From: Gemmatimonadota bacterium
GTDB taxonomy: Bacteria > Gemmatimonadota > Gemmatimonadetes > Longimicrobiales > Gaopeijiaceae
DNA length: 18,932 nucleotides
Direction of reading: 5' to 3'
Assembly (NCBI GenBank): GCA_039589315.1
Contig: JBDHHQ010000080.1
Coordinates: forward strand, 1-18,932
The notes beneath the pieces are model-generated. The model had not been told where the DNA came from. It worked only from the letters and a program-made list of their open reading frames with translations, and ran no database searches. Positions 16,676 to 18,932 of the stretch are shown here, piece after piece (position 1 is the stretch's first letter; each line of letters starts with the position of its first letter). A program made the position numbers and the translations under genes.

Positions 16676-18932
16676 ATGAGCCTCCTGCATCTCTACCGGG
16701 CTCCCGGGATCTCCGAGCCTGCCGCCCGGGCGCTGCTGGACCGGGTCCGGCAACGTGTCTCCCCCAGGGTCACCGGCATCGACACCGAGTACTGCTTCAA
16801 TATCGCGGCCGCCGGCGCGCTGTCGGCCGAGCAACTCGGCGCTCTTACCTGGCTCCTGCGGGAGACCTTCGAGCCCGAGGGGTTCGGGATGCGGAGTTCC
16901 CTGGACGGAGCCTCGGGAGATCTGTTCGAGGTGGGACCGCGCATGAGCTTTTCCACGGCCTGGTCGACGAACGCCGTGGCCGTCTGCCGAGCCTGCGGTC
17001 TGGGCGCGGTTCAACGGATCGAGCGGTCGCGGCGGTACCTGTTGCGGGCCTCCTCACCCCTCTCCGCGAACGAGCGGGGCGAGTTCCTGGCGGCGGTCCA
17101 CGACCGTATGACGGAAGAGCCCTACCCTGAGCCCCTCTCCACCTTCGCTACGGGTGTCACGCCAGAGGCCACCTACGCCATCCCGGTACTCGATGAGGGT
17201 CGTGGGGCGCTGGAGAGGGTCAATCGGGAAATGGGACTGGCCTTCGACGATTGGGACCTGGATTACTACACCCGGCTCTTCGTCGACAAGGTGGGGCGCG
17301 ACCCGACGAACGTGGAGCTGTTCGACATCGCCCAATCCAACAGCGAGCACTCCAGACACTGGTTCTTCAAGGGCAGGCTCGTCATCGACGGCGAGGACAT
17401 CCCGGAGAGGCACCTGATCGCCCTCGTGCAAGAGCCGCTGAGTGCGGACCCGGGCAACAGCGTCATCGCATTTCACGACAATTCCAGCGCCATTCGGGGC
17501 TATTCGACCCGGACCCTGCGGCCCAGCCGGCCCGGGGCACCGTCGGCCATGCGCCTCGACGACGTGAGCTACGACGTCCTTTTCACGGCCGAGACCCACA
17601 ACTTCCCCTCCGGCGTGGCCCCCTTCCCGGGCGCGGAGACCGGCACCGGAGGGAGGATCCGGGACACCCACGCTGCCGGTCGGGGATCCCTGTGCACTGC
17701 GGGGACGGCCGCCTACTGCGTGGGTAACCTGCGCATCCCGGGTTACGAGCTTCCGTGGGAGGACGCGGGGTTTCGGTATCCGGACAACCTGGCCTCGCCC
17801 CTGGAGATCGAGATCGAGGCCAGCGACGGTGCGTCGGACTACGGCAACAAGTTCGGCGAGCCCGTGATCCAGGGATACACCAGGTCCTTCGGCATGCGGA
17901 TGCCCGACGGGGAGCGGAGGGAGTGGATCAAGCCGATCATGTTCTCGGGCGGCATCGGACAGATCGACGCGGCCCACACCGAGAAGCAGGCCCCCGGAAT
18001 CGATATGCTGGTCGTCAAGCTGGGGGGACCGGCCTACCGCATCGGCATGGGAGGCGGGGCAGCCTCCAGCATGGTCCAGGGCGAGAACGTGGCGGAGCTG
18101 GACTTCAACGCCGTCCAGCGCGGTGACGCCGAGATGGAGCAAAAGGTGAACCGGGTCATCCGGGCTTGCGTGGAGCTCGGCCCCGACAACCCGATCGTCT
18201 CCATACACGACCAGGGTGCAGGCGGAAACTGCAACGTCCTCAAGGAGATCGTGGAGCCGGAGGGAGCACGCATCGACATCCGGGACGTGCTGGTGGGCGA
18301 CGAGACTCTCTCGGTACTGGAGATCTGGGGAGCCGAGTACCAGGAGAACGACGCGCTGCTCCTGCGCCCCGAGCATGGAGACCTCTTCCGTGACCTGTGC
18401 GCAAGGGAAAAGGTGCCGTTCGCCTACGTAGGGCGCGTGACGGGCGACGGGCGCATCGTGGTCCACGACCGCGATGACGACTCAACGCCGGTCGACCTGG
18501 CGCTGGAAGACGTCCTCGGAGACATGCCCCAGAAGCGCTTCGACCTGGACCGGGTCAAGTCGAACCTGGCGGCGCTCGAGCTCCCGGCCGATCTCACGGT
18601 GAGGGACGCCCTGGACCGGGTGCTGCGCCTGGTCTCGGTGGGCTCGAAGCGGTTCCTCACGACCAAGGTGGACCGGAGCGTGACCGGCCTGGTGGCCCGG
18701 CAGCAGTGCGCCGGTCCCCTACAGCTCACCGTGGCCGACGTAGCGGTGGTGGCACAGAGCCATTTCGGCGTCACGGGCGCGGCCACCGCCATCGGCGAGC
18801 AACCCAACAAGGGGCTGTTGAGCCCAGCCGCCATGGCCCGCCTTGCCGTGGGGGAGGCGCTGACCAACCTGGTGTGGGCCCGCGTGAGCGCCCTGAAGGA
18901 CGTCCGCTGCTCGGCCAACTGGATGTGGGCCG
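16676..18932 (+). CDS. purL: Phosphoribosylformylglycinamidine synthase, large single-chain type (partial, runs off the right edge)
   Basis: ATG 16676 (MSLLHLYR...), still in frame at the window end. Motifs EVGPRMSFSTAWSTNA, QSNSEHSRHWFF, TAETHNFPSGVAPFPGAETGTGGRIRD, DFNAVQRGDAEME, SIHDQGAGGN, VGSKRFLTTKVDRSVTG, SANWMWA. Confidence 0.97.
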   Translation, partial: MSLLHLYRAPGISEPAARALLDRVRQRVSPRVTGIDTEYCFNIAAAGALSAEQLGALTWLLRETFEPEGFGMRSSLDGASGDLFEVGPRMSFSTAWSTNAVAVCRACGLGAVQRIERSRRYLLRASSPLSANERGEFLAAVHDRMTEEPYPEPLSTFATGVTPEATYAIPVLDEGRGALERVNREMGLAFDDWDLDYYTRLFVDKVGRDPTNVELFDIAQSNSEHSRHWFFKGRLVIDGEDIPERHLIALVQEPLSADPGNSVIAFHDNSSAIRGYSTRTLRPSRPGAPSAMRLDDVSYDVLFTAETHNFPSGVAPFPGAETGTGGRIRDTHAAGRGSLCTAGTAAYCVGNLRIPGYELPWEDAGFRYPDNLASPLEIEIEASDGASDYGNKFGEPVIQGYTRSFGMRMPDGERREWIKPIMFSGGIGQIDAAHTEKQAPGIDMLVVKLGGPAYRIGMGGGAASSMVQGENVAELDFNAVQRGDAEMEQKVNRVIRACVELGPDNPIVSIHDQGAGGNCNVLKEIVEPEGARIDIRDVLVGDETLSVLEIWGAEYQENDALLLRPEHGDLFRDLCAREKVPFAYVGRVTGDGRIVVHDRDDDSTPVDLALEDVLGDMPQKRFDLDRVKSNLAALELPADLTVRDALDRVLRLVSVGSKRFLTTKVDRSVTGLVARQQCAGPLQLTVADVAVVAQSHFGVTGAATAIGEQPNKGLLSPAAMARLAVGEALTNLVWARVSALKDVRCSANWMWA

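Noticed and set aside
1..18932. CRISPR array, integron attC array, DGR template/variable repeats, rRNA/tRNA genes
   Set aside because: No regularly spaced repeats, no integrase or reverse transcriptase, no adenine-specific mismatch pattern between the repeated segments, and no RNA gene signatures seen.

Overview
GC-rich bacterial window; the gene families suggest Gemmatimonadota-like (inference). It is an accessory region between the end of an IS630-like element (left edge) and a large-type purL (right edge, partial). It holds three intact membrane-signalling genes: two paralogous kinase-less 3-TM/TolB_N-like/TPR proteins with TTG starts and one Hanks Ser/Thr kinase with a PD40/TolB-like beta-propeller. 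Interspersed are unrelated envelope or secreted genes: a serine hydrolase, a YCF48/BNR lipoprotein, a GT-C/YfhO-like membrane protein, a Cys-rich HEAT protein, an NTF2/DUF4440 protein and DUF3667. The main unannotated signal is intergenic. At least four short relics of the same kinase/TM-TPR families lie between the cargo genes (4538-4584, 5965-6135, 13239-13388, 14383-14439). Two pairs of conserved upstream modules are also present: TTGATC-N18-CATCTT plus a GGGTATGAA-N7-TTCATACCC-like palindrome, and CTTGCGTCTCG-N9-GGTAGGATCTTG-N5-ATGGCSGAYC. Together these suggest a co-regulated, rapidly turning-over receptor/kinase array.
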